Shown: positions 13,440 through 32,173, numbered from the stretch's first letter. The stretch is 64,000 nucleotides of DNA from Antedon mediterranea (GCF_964355755.1 NC_092678.1:21779365-21843364), one strand, 5' to 3'. A program made the numbers and translations. The notes: generated by a model not told the origin, from the letters alone.

Positions 13440-15329
13440 TTACCCTTTAGGACAATTAGCCGATAGGACAAGTTGTTGCTGTAGTGCATACAATTTATGA
13501 TGCCACTTCTTGAGACATATAGGAAACGCGGCCCTGCCAATTGGTTGTTATGATAAATGATGTTGTGTTAGGTGATGTAGCATGCTTCCCCCTGTACGTA
13601 ATGTTGTTGGACGGAAAGGAAGAAGTGATTAACAATTGTAATTGTAATTGTAATGTAATGAATAAATAATTTATTGTACATCATTATCATGTTTTTTTAA
13701 TTAATAAATGTAGAATCATACATAATACTTTTAAATAGAAGTGTTGTAAATATATTAGAAATGTTTTTATGTTTTATGGGTTGACAATCAAATTATTATT
13801 CAACTTCTTAGTTTTATTGTCATGCTATAGCAAAAATTATCCACCGTATATCCACCATCTTTTTTCACGTTCTAGAGAGTCACCAGAAATGTTATTACAT
13901 TAGGTTAAACTACTGGAAAAAAGTCTTCATAGCCGAATATTGTATTTGACCATTGTAAGGGAAATTCATGTTTTTTCGTCTTGATTTCTGTTACAAATAT
14001 TTGATGTACTGTATGTACAATTAACCATATTGAAAATGCATGCCTGTATCTGAGCTTTAAGGAAGGTTGTTATTGATAATACATCTTAGAATGTCAAATA
14101 AATATTGAAATGATATTATTGAAATGTTTCCTACATTGGCATCGTAGTATTTTTTTTTTTTATTATTTAAATGTAGATTGCACTGGGAGTTGTGTTACAT
14201 GGCATCAATATCTTCAATACATATTAGCAGTTTAGCAGAAGTGGTGAATCAACATGTTGCAGTACCTGATACAATACATGTTAACCATATAGCTGAAGTG
14301 ATACAGGTATTTGAGACAAAGCATCTTAGCATAGGTGAAATACAAAGAAATCTTCAAGTTTATAAAGAGATTATTTTGTAACCACCAGTTGCATAAAGTA
14401 GACTGCAGTGGCTTTGTTACATGTTGCAAAAAATAAGTTGCGAGGTTGAAGCAGTTGGAGGCATCCCCCCACCTAATAGTACTATATGTTGGAATAAAAT
14501 GAAAGATTATTAATGTATTATTTTGTTTGTAACTGTCCTGATTGAATTTGTTTCAGGTGTGGAGAAATATTGCCCTATTTTTGGAAAACATAGGACGGCA
14601 ACAGAGGATTGAAGGCATCTGTGTATTGTACTAATCGGAACAAGCAGTTATTGTTTTGTGTATTGGCAGTTCATTTGGACTTGTTATAGTCAGCTAATGC
14701 AATGGTTATCCAATCATAGTAGTTGGTGAAGCTGTTACAAACTGATTATACTGTAGTATCATGTTTAGCATATTGTACATATCATGGATTCTGACTGGAG
14801 AACTTGATAACACCTGAAAGTGAAGATTATGTAGATTATGTAAAGTGATTAGGGAAGCGACAGCAGTACTGTTATTCAAGTAAACCTTTGGATATTTAAT
14901 CATTGATGAACAGAAGAGAACAGTTGTTGATGACATGGTCAATTGAGAAATTGTAAACATAAATAACATATTATTTGTATTGTATTTGAATTGTAATTAT
15001 ATGAATTGAAAAATGAATTGTAGTGGGTTTTCTTTTTGTACAGTGGTTTTGAAAGTAAGAAAGAGGACTACGAGGAAGGTGAACTCTCCCAATACTGGAC
15101 GCTTTGGAAACTGGAAACTATTTCTAGGTAGACTGTGATTGAGGGGCAGAAGGTTACCATTAACAGAGGTTACGTGAAACCAGAGGTGTCGAGTAATGGG
15201 AGAGTTGACTATTGTGCATGAAAAGGAGTTGTAGCGTGTTGTGGTTGCAGGTCATATGTAGCTGCCAGTGTTGTAGTCAAGAACGAAATGACAATTTACA
15301 GACATATGACGTAATTTGTAAGAGGATTG

Positions 15330-16035
15330 CAAGAATGCAACATTATCAAAAGAAGAAGCAATGCATGTGTTAATTGATATTAAGCATTTATTTTCTATAT
15401 CTTTCAGTTACATAGCTGCAATGGAAGTGATTGTATAGAGATTGAAAATTATTTTAAAGATGAGCCAGCCGTCAGATAAACTGATTGCGAGAAGTCATAA
15501 CATTTATTTTAGATAAATTGAGCATTGACAAAAGAACAAGCAAAACGTTGATTGATAATACGCATTTATTAATAATACGTTTATTATGTCTTTCAGTTAC
15601 GTCGCTGCAAGTGATTGTGTAGAATTGATTGAGTCATAACATACAGTATCCTTTACATGAATGTACCATTAAGAAAACAAAAAGCAATACATGTTGTGAA
15701 TGATAATACGCATATATTTTTATGTATTTCAGTTACGTAGCTGCAAGTAATTATATACAGAGCCGTCAGATGAACTGGTTGCGTGATGGGCAGTCATAAT
15801 GTTCAGTATCTTTTACATGAATGCACTAATAACAAAAGAACAAGCAAGACATGTTGTGATTGATAATAAGCATTTATTTTTTATGTGTTTGGACAAAACC
15901 TGTGTTTTTGGGATAAGCCGTCAGAATAAATGATAAGACAAATTGTAACGTACAGTATCCTTGAGATGAATGTACCATTTGCAATCGATCAAACAATATA
16001 TGTGTTTAGTAATGTTACGCATTTATTTTTTATAT
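15330..16035. repeat. Degenerate ~150-190 bp tandem repeat, ~5 copies
   Basis: Recurrent aaaagaacaagca...gataatacgcatttatt...tttcagttacgtagctgcaag...gagccgtcaga...cagtatcct. Confidence 0.75.
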
Positions 16036-16180
16036 CCGAGATATTACTGTATATTTGCAATAACACAAAGTGGTTTGATGAGCTGTCGGAACATGTTCTT
16101 TAGGTTTTCTGTTAGTAAAGGTTGTTGTTAAAGTACTATTAAACAAGGCCATATAGATGGATAAATTTGAGGTTGTGTTT

Positions 16181-16237
16181 ACTGACTGACCAACCGACAT
16201 AGTGAGCTGTAGAGTTGAGTTAGCACGCGACTGAAAT
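16181..16237 (+). mobile_element. Helentron/HINE-like 3' end fragment
   Basis: A (GACT)n microsatellite is followed by catagtgagctgtagag and a degenerate terminal hairpin gttgagttagcacgcgac. Confidence 0.45.
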
Positions 16238-16729
16238 TATAGAATGTTGGCCCTATAGTTCCTATAGTTGGTGACTGGTGTCTGACCTGATTCCATAATA
16301 TTGAAAATATCCATTGACAACCCCTATGTGATAATGTTAACACCCACCCCTATGTGCTAATCATGGTAAACCTAACTTCTGTATGGTAGTGATGTTGACT
16401 GTTACCTTCTGTAGTGACTGCTATATGATGCTGTAACCCCTACATGATTTTCATATGACCGTATTAATGATATGACCTTGTGACATATGGCCTATTGTGA
16501 GATAATATGAACCAATTGTGAGGTCATGATGACGTATGTCATCCTCATGTGACATGGTATGACTCCACTGTGACCTTATGCGACATGTGACCCTATGTAA
16601 CCTCATGACCCTATGTAACCTCATGACCATCCCATAGTGACATGTTGTGACCTTGATACAGACCATATGATCCCATATAGAGACCATATCTTTCCCATAG
16701 TAAAACCATAATGGTGATGTGGCCCCACA

Positions 16730-18606
16730 GTTAAATATATGATGGCATAGTAACCATGTGATGGCATAGTAAACATGTGATGGCATAGTAAACATGTGAT
16801 GGCATAGTAACCATATGATGGCATAGTAAACCAAATGATGCCATAGTAACCATATGAAACAATAGAAAACAATATGATGCCATAGAACACCATCCATAGA
16901 AAGGCAACCATTGGAAACATTATGATGCCATATAAACCATTGGAAACCAACCATAAAAAAAACAGAATGTTATGTGATGCCATAGAAAACCAACCATAGA
17001 AAATTATATGATGCCATAGGAAACCAACCATAGGAAGATTAAACCATAGAAAGTATATGCCATAGAAAACCAACCATAGAAAAGTAAAATATACACCATA
17101 GATAACGAACAATAGAAACCAAACAGAAAGTTATATGATGCCATAGAAAAGCAACCATAATTATATGCCATCGAAAATTTTTTAATGTCGTAGAAAACCA
17201 ACCATAGAAAGTATATGCCGTAGAAAACCATCCATAGGAAACCAACTATAGAAAGTATATGCCGTAGAAAACCAACCATAGAAAGTATATGCCGTAGAAA
17301 ACCAAGCATAGAGAGTATATGCCGTGGAAAACCAAACATAGAGAGTATATGCCGTGGGAAACCAAACAGAGAGTATATGCCGTGGGAAACCAAACATAGA
17401 GAGTATATGCCGTGGAAAACCAACCATAGAAAGTATATGCCGTGGAAAACCAACCATAGAAAGTATATGCCGTGGAAAACCAACCATAGAAAGTATATGC
17501 CGTGGAAAACCAACCATAGAAAGATTATGCTGTAGGAAACCAACCATAGAAAGATTATGCCATAGAAAACTGAGCATAGAAAGATTATGCCAAAGAAAAC
17601 TAAGCATAGAAAGATTATGGCATAGAAAAGCAACCATAGAAAGATTATGCCATAGAAAGATTATGCCATAGAAAGATTATGCCATAGAAAGATTATGCCA
17701 TAGAAAACCAACCATAGAAAAGTAAAATATACACCATAGATAACGAACAATAGAAACCAAACAGAAAGTTATATGATGCCATAGAAAAGCAACCATAATT
17801 ATATGCCATCGAAAATTATGTAATGTCGTAGAAAACCAGCCGTGGAAAGTATATGGCGTGGAAAGTATATGCCGTGGGAAAACCAACCATAGAAAGATTA
17901 TGCCGTAGAAAACACACAAAACCAACCATAAAAACAGAATGTTATGTGATGCCATAGAAAACCAACCATAGAAAATTATATGATGCCATAGGAAACCAAC
18001 CATAGGAAGATTAAACCATAGAAAGTATATGCCATAGAAAACCAATCATAGAAAAGTAAAATATACACCATAGATAACGAACAATAGAAACCAAACAGAA
18101 AGTTATATGATGCCATAGAAAAGCAACCATAATTATATGCCATCGAAAATTTTTTAATGTCGTAGAAAACAAACCATAGAAAGTATATGCCGTAGAAAAC
18201 CATCCATAGAAAACCAACCATAGAAAGTATATGCCGTAGAAAACCAACCATAGAAAGTATATGCCGTAGAAAACCAACCATAGAAAGATTATGCCGTAGA
18301 AAACACACAAAACCAACCATAAAAACAGAATGTTATGTGATGCCATAGAAAACCAACCATAGGAAATTATATGATGCCATAGGAAATCAACCATAGGAAG
18401 ATTAAAGCATAGAAAGTATATGCCATAGATAACCAACCATAGAAAAGTAAAATATACACCATAGAGAGTATATGCCGTGGGCAACCAAGCGTAGAGAGTA
18501 TATGCCGTGGGCAACCAAGCGTAGAGAGTATTTGCCTTAGACAACCAAGCGTAGAGAGTATATGCCGTAGGAATTGAAGAGTAGAGAGTATATGGCGTGG
18601 GAAACC
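16730..18606. repeat. AT-rich satellite, ~30-bp unit with ~390-bp higher-order blocks
   Basis: Unit ccatagaaaaccaaccatagaaagtatatg. The higher-order block starting tgttatgtgatgcc recurs at about 16968, 17940 and 18331. Confidence 0.95.
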
Positions 18607-23403
<4,797 letters not shown>

Positions 23404-26390
23404 TAGCTTAGGCTAGGCGTGTCTACAGTGGGGCTGTGACTTAGCTAGGCGTGTCTACAGTGGGCGGTGTGACATAGCTAGGCGTGTCTACAGTGGGCGG
23501 TGTGACATAGCTTAAGCTATGCATGTCTACAGTAAGCGGTGTGGCTTAGGCTAGGCGTGTCTACAGTGGGTGGTGTGACTTAGCTAGTCTAGGCGTGACG
23601 TGTCTACAGTGGGCGGTGTGGGCTAGCCTAGGCGTGTCTACAGTGGACGGTGTGGTTTAGGCTAGGCGTGTCTACAGTGGGCGGTGTGACTTAGCTAGTC
23701 TAGGCGTGACGTGTCTACAGTGGGCGGTGTGACTTAACTAGGCGTGTCTACAGTGGACGGTGTGGGCTAGCCTAGGCGTGTCTACAGTGGGCGGTGTGAC
23801 ATAGCTTAAGCTATGCATGTCTACAGTAAGCGGTGTGGCTTAGGCTAGGCGTGTCTACAGTGGGTGGTGTGACTTAGCTAGTCTAGGCGTGACGTGTCTA
23901 CAGTGGGCGGTGTGACTTAACTAGGCGTGTCTACAGTGGGCAGTGTGGGCTAGCCTAGGCGTGTCTACAGTGGACGGTGTGGTTTAGGCTAGGTGTGTCT
24001 ACAGTGGGCGGTGTGACTTAGCTAGTCTAGGCGTGACGTGTCTACAGTGGACGGTGTGGGCTAGCCTAGGCGTGTCTACAGTGGACGGTGTGGTTTAGGC
24101 TAGGTGTGTCTACAGTGGGCAGTGTGCCTTAGGCTAGGCGTGTCTACATTGGGTGGTGTGGCTTAGACTATGCGTGTCTACAGTGAGCGGTGTGGCTTGG
24201 GCTAGGCTAGGTGTGGCTTAGGCTAGGCTAGGCGTGTCTACAGCGGGCAGTCTAGGCTATGCGTGTCTGCGGTGTGGCCTAGGCTAGGCGTGTCTACAGT
24301 GGGCGGTGTGACTTAGCTAGTCCAGGCGTGTCTACAGTGAGCGGTTAAGGCTATACTAGGCGTGACGTGCCTACAGTGGGCCGTGTGACTTAGCTAGGCG
24401 TGTCTACAGTGAGCGGTGTGGCTTAGGCTATGCATGTCTACAGTAAGCGGTATGGCTTAGGCTAGGCGTGTCTACAGTGGGCGGTGTGGCCTAGGCTATG
24501 CGTGTCTACCGTGGGTGGTGTGACTTAGCTAGTCTAGGCGTGTCTACAGTGGGCGGTTAAGGCTATGCTAGGCGTGACGTGCCTACAGTGGGCCGTGTGA
24601 GTTGGCTAGGCGTGTCTAAAGCGGGCGGTGTGACTTATCTAGGCGTGGAGTGGCTTAGGCTAGGCAACACGTGTTCACAGTGGGCAGTGTGACTTACCTA
24701 GGCTAGGCGTGGCGTGTCTACATCGGGCAGTGTGGGCTAGGCTAGGCGTGTCTACAGTGGACATTGTGGGCTATGCTAGGCGTGTCTACAGTGGACGGTG
24801 TGGTTTAGGCTACGCGTGGTGTGTCTACAGAGGGCGCTGTCGGCTAGGCTAGGCGTGGCGTGTCTACAGTGGGCGGTGTGGCGTGTCAACATTGGGCGGT
24901 GTGACTTAGCTAGCTAGGCGTGGCGTGTCTACAGTGGGAGGTGTGGCTTAGGCTAGGCGTGTCTACAGTGGGCGGTGTGGCTTGGGCTACGCTAGGCTTG
25001 TCTAAAGCGGGCGGTGTGGGCTAGGCTCGGCGTAATTACAGCGGGCAGTCTAGGCTATGCGTGTCTGCGGTGTGGCCTAGGCTAGGCGTGTCTACAGTGG
25101 GCGGTGTGACTTAGCTAGTCTAGGCGTGTCTACAGTGAGCGGTTAAGGCTATGCTAGGCGTGTCTACAGTGAGCGGTTAAGGCTATGCTAGGCGTGACGT
25201 GCCTACAGTGGGCCGTGTGACTTAGCTAGGCGTATCTACAGTGAGCGGTGTGGCTTAGGCTATGCATGTCTACAGTAAGCGGTGTGGCTTAGGCTAGGCG
25301 TGTCTACAGTGGGCGGTGTCACCTAGGCTAGGCGTGTCTACAGTGGGCGGTGTGACTTAGCTAGGCGTGTCTACAGTGGGCAGTGTGGGCTAGCCTAGGC
25401 GTGTCTACAGTGGACGGTGTGGTTTAGGCTAGGCTAGGTGTGGCTTAGGCTAGGCGTGTCTACAGTGGGCGGTGTGGGCTAGGCTAGGCTTGTCTAAAGC
25501 GGGCGGTGTGGGCTAGGCTCGGCGTGTCTACAGCGGGCAGTCTAGGCTATGCGTGTCTGCGGTGTGGCCTAGGCTAGGCAGTGGGCAGTGTGACTTAGCT
25601 AGTCTAGGCGTGTCTACAGTGAGCGGTTAAGGCTATGCTAGGCGTGACGTGCCTACAGTGGGCCGTGTGACTTAGCTAGGCGTGTCTACAGTGAGCGGTG
25701 TGGCTTAGGCTATGGATGTCTACAGTAAGCGGTGTGGCTTAGGCTAGCCGTGTCTACAGTGGTTGGTGTGACTTAGCTAGTCTAGGCGTGTCTACAGTGG
25801 GCGGTTAAGGCTATGCTAGGCGTGACGTGCCTACAGTGGGCCGTGTGGCTTAGGCTAGGCGTGTCTACAGTGGGCGGTGTGACTTAACTAGGCGTGTCTA
25901 CAGTGGACGATGTGGTTTAGGCTAGGCGTGTCTACAGTGGGCGGTGTGACTTAGCTAGGCTACGCGTGGTGTGTCTACAGTGGGCGGTGTGACTTAACTA
26001 CCTAGGCGTGGCATGTCTACAGTGGGCGGTATAGCTCGGGCTGGGCGTGTACACAGTGGGCGGTGTGGCTTAGGCTAGGCGTGTCCACAGTGGGCAGTGT
26101 AGCTTAGGCTAGGCGTGTCTACAGTGGTACGGTGTCACTTAAGCTAGGCGTGTCTACAGTGGGGCTGTGACTTAGGCTAGACGTGTCTACAATGGGCGAT
26201 GTGGCTGAAGCTAGGCTAGGCGTGGCCACAGTGGGCGGTGTGCCTTAGGCTAGGCGTGTCTACATTGGGTGGTGTGGCTAAGACTAGGCGTGTCTACAGT
26301 GAGCGGTGTGGCTTGGGCTAGGTGTGGCTTAGGCTAGGCGTGTCTACAGTGGGCGGTGTGGCTTGGGCTAGGCTAGACGTGTCTATAGAT
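23404..26390. repeat. GC-rich satellite, 33-45 bp variable unit
   Basis: Core ctaggcgtgtctacagtgggcggtgtg(g/a)cttag repeated across ~3 kb. Confidence 0.97.
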
Positions 26391-27655
26391 GACACTATGG
26401 CTATATACAAAATTCCTGTCCTCTTTTAACATCATGAATAATATTCATTACAGTTGGTTGGACATTAACATATCTAGCCACAACAACACCTATATAAAAC
26501 AACATCTCTTAAAGTACCTATACTAACACGACTACCGCCATCCCCCATGCAGCAGGACATTGTGCACGTTTCGTGTAACAATGCCCTCTGCATAGGTCAT
26601 GTGATGGTTGACTTTATAATGTTCTTGTGTCACTCTTTCCCCCCCCTGGAGTGGCAACACGACATTTCAAAGTCTTATTCGTAGTCATGCACCTCCTTTT
26701 TTTTACTTTTTTAACAAATATGTGATTACAATCATTCTGTCATCTCCATATTCATTATTTCTGTACAATTTTTCCCCTTCTTATCATGTGGTGTGGTTCT
26801 TCTAACTCACCCGCGTAATTAACAGGGTGTGTCATTCCCAGATATTGACATACCCCGTTACTTACTCGGCCAAGCGGTACGGTTCATCAATCTTGCCCGA
26901 GTATAAACTGAGCATGACTGGGCTATGAGCGCTTACCAGATGAAGACTAGTAAAACTGTTATACATACTACGATTACTCTCGTTTTAAATAAGTGTCATT
27001 TCGCCTTCTTTACTGTCATTAATATTCATTACCGAATGACGTCACACCTTTATTACGCTGTCGTCATTACTACCAACTGCAGCCTACTTCTCCCGACATC
27101 CGTTAACATTAACAATACTAATACCATTTCCTACAGTCACATACCTTAATTAGCATCTACGATGCCGCATCTACGATGCCACACACTCAAATATGTCTAC
27201 GTGTCCATTCAAAAGGGAAACCACGGCCTCTGCCTTTTTGCTGCAGTCGCACAAATACCATTTCAGGCGCCTCCTGCGTACGTCGACGGGCCGCGAATAG
27301 CCTGGCGCAGTTCCACTCCCCAAATACAAAGTTCACTAAACGCATATTAAACAATGGTACACACGTCTATCACCCTACTTGCAACATATTGCACTACTTA
27401 CGACAGATATCATTTCCTCGACCTACAATGCAGAGAGGTTCACTACTACTACTTTATTTTCTCAAGCTCATACGTACATGACATAACCACGTAAAAGCCA
27501 ACGCACCATTCATATATTTTTATTCATACCTCACAAATGTACGTCACAAGTTCGGGAAATCCCTTCCAACATGCGCCAAACTTATATCTCCTTTCCATCA
27601 TAACAAACTGGTCCAAAACTACCATTTCCTTATGTAGACATTTACATCCCACCAC

Positions 27656-29227
27656 CAGGGGTGGCGCCAGGATCTTCCCGACGCGGGGGCTACATTCCCC
27701 GACGAGGGGGCTATCACTAGGCTGGGGGACAGGGGGCCGCCAAGGGCCCCCGGTGGGGGTCCAGGGGGCGAAGCCCCCGGAAGCAACGCGTTCTAGCGTC
27801 ATTTGAGGTCATTTTAATCAGATTTAGGGTAGCAATTTTTTCCATTTTTTATAATGCATAAATAAAATACTGCGTGCAAAAAAACGATGCGCGATGACTG
27901 TTTCAATCCATATTTAAAAAATAAAAGTTCAAAGAAAATTTAAAGAAATATAGTTGGAGGTCCCGGAAGTTGGACTTATTATACTTCAAAACATGAAACA
28001 AAATATATAAGTCCCTATCAAGGTTGTGACTGAGCTAAGAAATGTTTGAAAAATAGAGATGTCAGGTCCCGGAAAATGGACTTCTTGTACTTCGAAATAT
28101 GACCAGCTTTATTGGGGCTGAGCTAAGAAACTGTTTAAAACTAGAGCTGCAGGTCTTCAAAAAATTAGGCCTAGAGGCTTAAGAAACGCAAGCGTAGACC
28201 TTTTTCAGTCGTTCAAATAAGTTTATTCCTCCCAAGTGTATGCGTGCGTACCATCTGGACTTCCAAGTGGTGAGAAATTCATGACATACAGGACATTGAA
28301 AATGTAATAACTTAGCTATAATAAGATGTTGGCTAAGCGAAAATGGCATGTTTTTTTGTTTAGTAATGGATGAAAAATTTATTTTAGGTGCCCCACGGTA
28401 CAGAAGGTTAGGCCTACTTGTAAACTAAAAAAAATTGGTGAACATACGAACAATTAACGTAATTCGTTTTTGCTGTAGTGTAGCGTACGTCGACGCAGTA
28501 CACGACGTAACCGTCAGTAAACTTCGCCTGGAAAATAACTACAGTACACATTTTGGTCCCTGGATGGAACATGATATCACGCGTCTCGACCCAACGTTGA
28601 ACGATTCGTACAAAGGGATACCGCCAGACAAGTGCGAACCTAGCTATTGTTTAGTAGTAAGTTAGATCGCTGGCAATAATGAATGCATATAAAGTGCATA
28701 ATATCACTCTGACGTACTCTCACGGTCAATGAAACGTCGCGGTTTTCTAGGCGCTGAATCTAGCTACGGAGTGAACGCGAACGCTTTTTACTGTATATTA
28801 TATTCCCCGACAAAAAGTACCCGTGTTCCCTTCGGTAACCGTCGGTAAACTTCGCCTGGAAAAAAACTACATTACACATTTTGGTCCCTGGATGGAACTT
28901 GATATCACGCGTCTCGACCCTACGTTGAACGATTCGTACAAAGGGATACCGCCAGACAAGTGCGTACCTAGCTAATGTTTAGTAGTAAAGTTAGATCGCT
29001 GGCAATAAATGAATGCATAAAAGTGCATAATAGCTCTCTGACGTATCTCACGGTTAATGGAACGTCGTGGTTTTCTAGGCGCTGAAGCTATATGAATGTG
29101 GTATTATTATTATTATTATTATATTATATTCCCCGACAAAAAGTACCCGTGTTCCCCGACGGGGGGGGCTAGGCTCCCCGACGAGGGGGCTAGAGCCCCC
29201 GTAGCCCCCCAGCTGGCGCCACCACTG
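27656..29227. mobile_element. Non-autonomous hAT-type DNA transposon, 1572 bp
   Basis: 15-bp TIR caggggtggcgccag / ctggcgccaccactg and a perfect 8-bp TSD cccaccac (27648-27655, 29228-29235). Subterminal ccccgacgagggggct motifs and an internal ~330-bp direct duplication (about 28507-28828 and 28836-29155). Confidence 0.92.
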
Positions 29228-31910
29228 CCCACCACTGAATTAAATACCGACACTTCCTTGCCATTTACATTAAACTTTGCCATCCTTCTTCTTGGCCCCG
29301 TCTTTTGTTTTTCACAATTTCACCTCTGACACATACATTATATTAATTCATAACCTCTTTATATTTCACTAACAATCCTACTAATATATATATTTCATCG
29401 TTTACGACAAACCTTCAAAGGATATCTTGACATCGGCTCGCTCCTTCTGCTTGGCCCCGTCTTTTGTTTCTGACGACGTCTCCATATATATTCTTAACCA
29501 CATGCGACCATAACATTAACAATAACACTATTATATAAAGTAGCTTATTTTTTAAATACTGATTTCAACACTTACGATAAACCTTCAAAGGATACATTGA
29601 CTGCGGCTCCCACTTCTTGTAACCTTCTAAAAAGAAAACTTCCATAGTGTTTGATGTTGTGTACAGTTTACTCTATATCACCTTTTCCTTAAGGTATCTG
29701 AATACAATTATATAAAGGATAGATTAAATAATAATTTATATTTGTACTAACATGTATATATATTTAAACTATATAAGTTAAACAAATATAGGAAAAGGTA
29801 AAGGACGAAGGGAAACAGGAAACAAAACTGAAATAAGAAAAAAAATTTAAAAAAATTAATAACAACAAATAAATAAGAGTCACTTTCACTCGATACAAAA
29901 TTAATAATTACAATAACACGACACAAGCACATACAGTCAAGCAAGCAAAACATAGCTGTAGGAGCACAGTCTTCACATCTGAAATTGCCTCCTAATAAAA
30001 AAAAATACAATGTAGTCCCCTTAACAATAGAAACACCAAATTACAACACCTCCACACACTTTACGATTGTGGTGTCCAGTTTATTGGAATAACCAACCAC
30101 ATTCTACAATACCTATCATTCACAAACTCTCATTACAACTACACTTCATTTACATTCCATCTCTACATTCTTCACGCATACTAATATATCCAGCACGCCA
30201 TCCCAATCCCTACAAGTAACTAATCTCAACCATTAGCTGACCCACCTACAAAACATAACTTTCAACCTCACATACACTTCAGCCAAACTTCTTCATTCTC
30301 ATTTGCGTAATATCTACATTTCATTCTAATTCATTCCACTTCTGATTTACATTGTGTACTTCACACACTATTCACAACAAACCCTGTCAGCCTTCATAAA
30401 CTGCACAAACCAAATTCATTTCTCTTCATACACTCTTACATTTTAGCCTCTTCAACATATACATTCAAACACACTACAATCAATACTAATTCAAGGAACA
30501 ACATGTACCTGCACAACCTCATCATTTCCATTACAACATGTTCTCTACCTAATGTCTAAGTTCATATCATGTGCAGCAATTTCACCAATATTTATCAAAT
30601 TTCTTACACAAACATGCTGTTTAATCATGACTGGGTTCAACACTTTACAGTAAATTTCCAATACTATATTTCAAATCATACATTATTACTAAATGTTTAT
30701 GAGTGCTGTGAGGCTAATAACAATGTATATATATAGGTGCAAAATGAATGTCTTCAATCAAACATACTTATCATTTTATTTCTTCTGTCAAAAACAATGA
30801 AGTAGAGTGTACGCTCCAGACAGAACTCACCCGCAACCAAGTAAATTAGTATAAGGTAAGAATATGAAAACATTTACAAAAATATCATTATTGACAACAA
30901 CTTTGATGGTAAATAATTTGTCACTATTTATTAACAAATGTATATTAGACGTTCATATGTACACAGTATTAAGATGACTGAAAATTAATCAAATCAAAAC
31001 ATAAATAAGGACAACAGCCACTAATACATTGCTGAACTTTCCTACACCCACTACCCCTATCATATTAATATGACTCATGTATTACTTCTTCAACAACACA
31101 ATATGTTATGGAATAATATGTATTCATAAATTAGATGATTAAACCAAACACAACAACAACCATTACGACATATAAACACACACATAACATTAACACATAT
31201 TATGTCCCACTTTGTTTCTCCTATCATATACATTAACTTCATTATTACATGATTCTTCTTGGCCTCAAATACTACCCCATCCAGTAGCAATGTGGAATCC
31301 TTACATCACTCCCATTCTGGCTTTCGTGTATTTAAAAATCACCTCACCATTACCTCCAAAAATACCGCAAACCCTACAGGCAAATAAGTCAATTACAGAA
31401 CATCTTGGCCTCCAACAGCAATACATTAACACAACTCCCTTTCAGCAAATATATATTTCAATTATATAACATGTCACATAAACAAAAATGTGTTACCACC
31501 CACAGTTCAAAATTTATTATTTTATTCTTATTACTTCTATAAATAATCCACATGATTCTCTTAATTCAAGGTATCCATAAACAATCTAGTAAATATATAT
31601 TTCATAGACTATATCATTATTCTATATTACTAAAATTACTAGAAAAATATACTGCGTTTTGGTAAAGTTAAATATAGATATCTACTTTCAACATGCCCTC
31701 CTTTGCCAGGGACAAAATTTCCTATATATTTGATCTATGCTAAGACACCTTTATGTATGCTTCAAATATTACCAAATGCTGCTACATATATCAACCCCCT
31801 CCCTGCACTTTTTGCATTTATAATATAATATGAAACCATAAGGCCATGTGCGACAGCTAACAGTTGCATTCCGACTCCACACATCTTCTAGTACTATTCT
31901 ATAATTAGTA

Positions 31911-32089
31911 GCCATCTGGTTCGTTCATTAACCCTCTGGTCCGTTTATTACCCCTCTGGTCCGTATATTAACCATCTGGTTATGTTCATTAACCCTCTGG
32001 TCCGTTCTTTAACCCTCTGGTCCATTCATTAACCCTCTGGTCCATTCATTAACCCTCTGGTCCGTTCATTAACCCTCTGGTCCGTTTAT
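31911..32089. repeat. 20-bp minisatellite, ~9 copies, overlapping the ITPR stop codon
   Basis: Unit ttaaccctctggtccgttca. Confidence 0.95.
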
Positions 32090-32173
32090 TCCCATATCCA
32101 TTATTCGGCTATTCTGCATTCGCTCCAAATCCACCAGTCCTTGTCTCTGCTTCTTTTTCCTTTGTTCAGTCAT
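32069..32173 (-). CDS. ITPR: ITPR last coding exon
   Basis: [34 protein letters not shown], ttattag acceptor. Confidence 0.93.
   Translation of the reverse strand: MTEQRKKKQRQGLVDLERMQNSRIMDMGINGPEG

Larger units (their letters stand above)
12550..13475. repeat. Degenerate ggacaa(c/t)tacccc short-repeat array interrupted by a SINE and a MITE
   Basis: More than 15 copies of ggacaactacc-like motifs. Confidence 0.75.
12006..15250 (+). pseudogene. Putative decayed multi-exon gene of unknown family
   Basis: Several purine-rich, exon-like blocks follow AG acceptors (14177, 14557, 15043) and read as protein with scattered in-frame stops. GT donors near 12299 and 13638. No family recognised. Confidence 0.35.

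Noticed and set aside
16451-18544. Many hydrophobic repetitive ORFs
   Set aside because: Products of the 30-bp satellite. They overlap in several frames and have no splice or domain support.
23404-26390. CRISPR-like repeat periodicity
   Set aside because: Eukaryotic context, no unique spacers and no cas genes. It is a tandem satellite.
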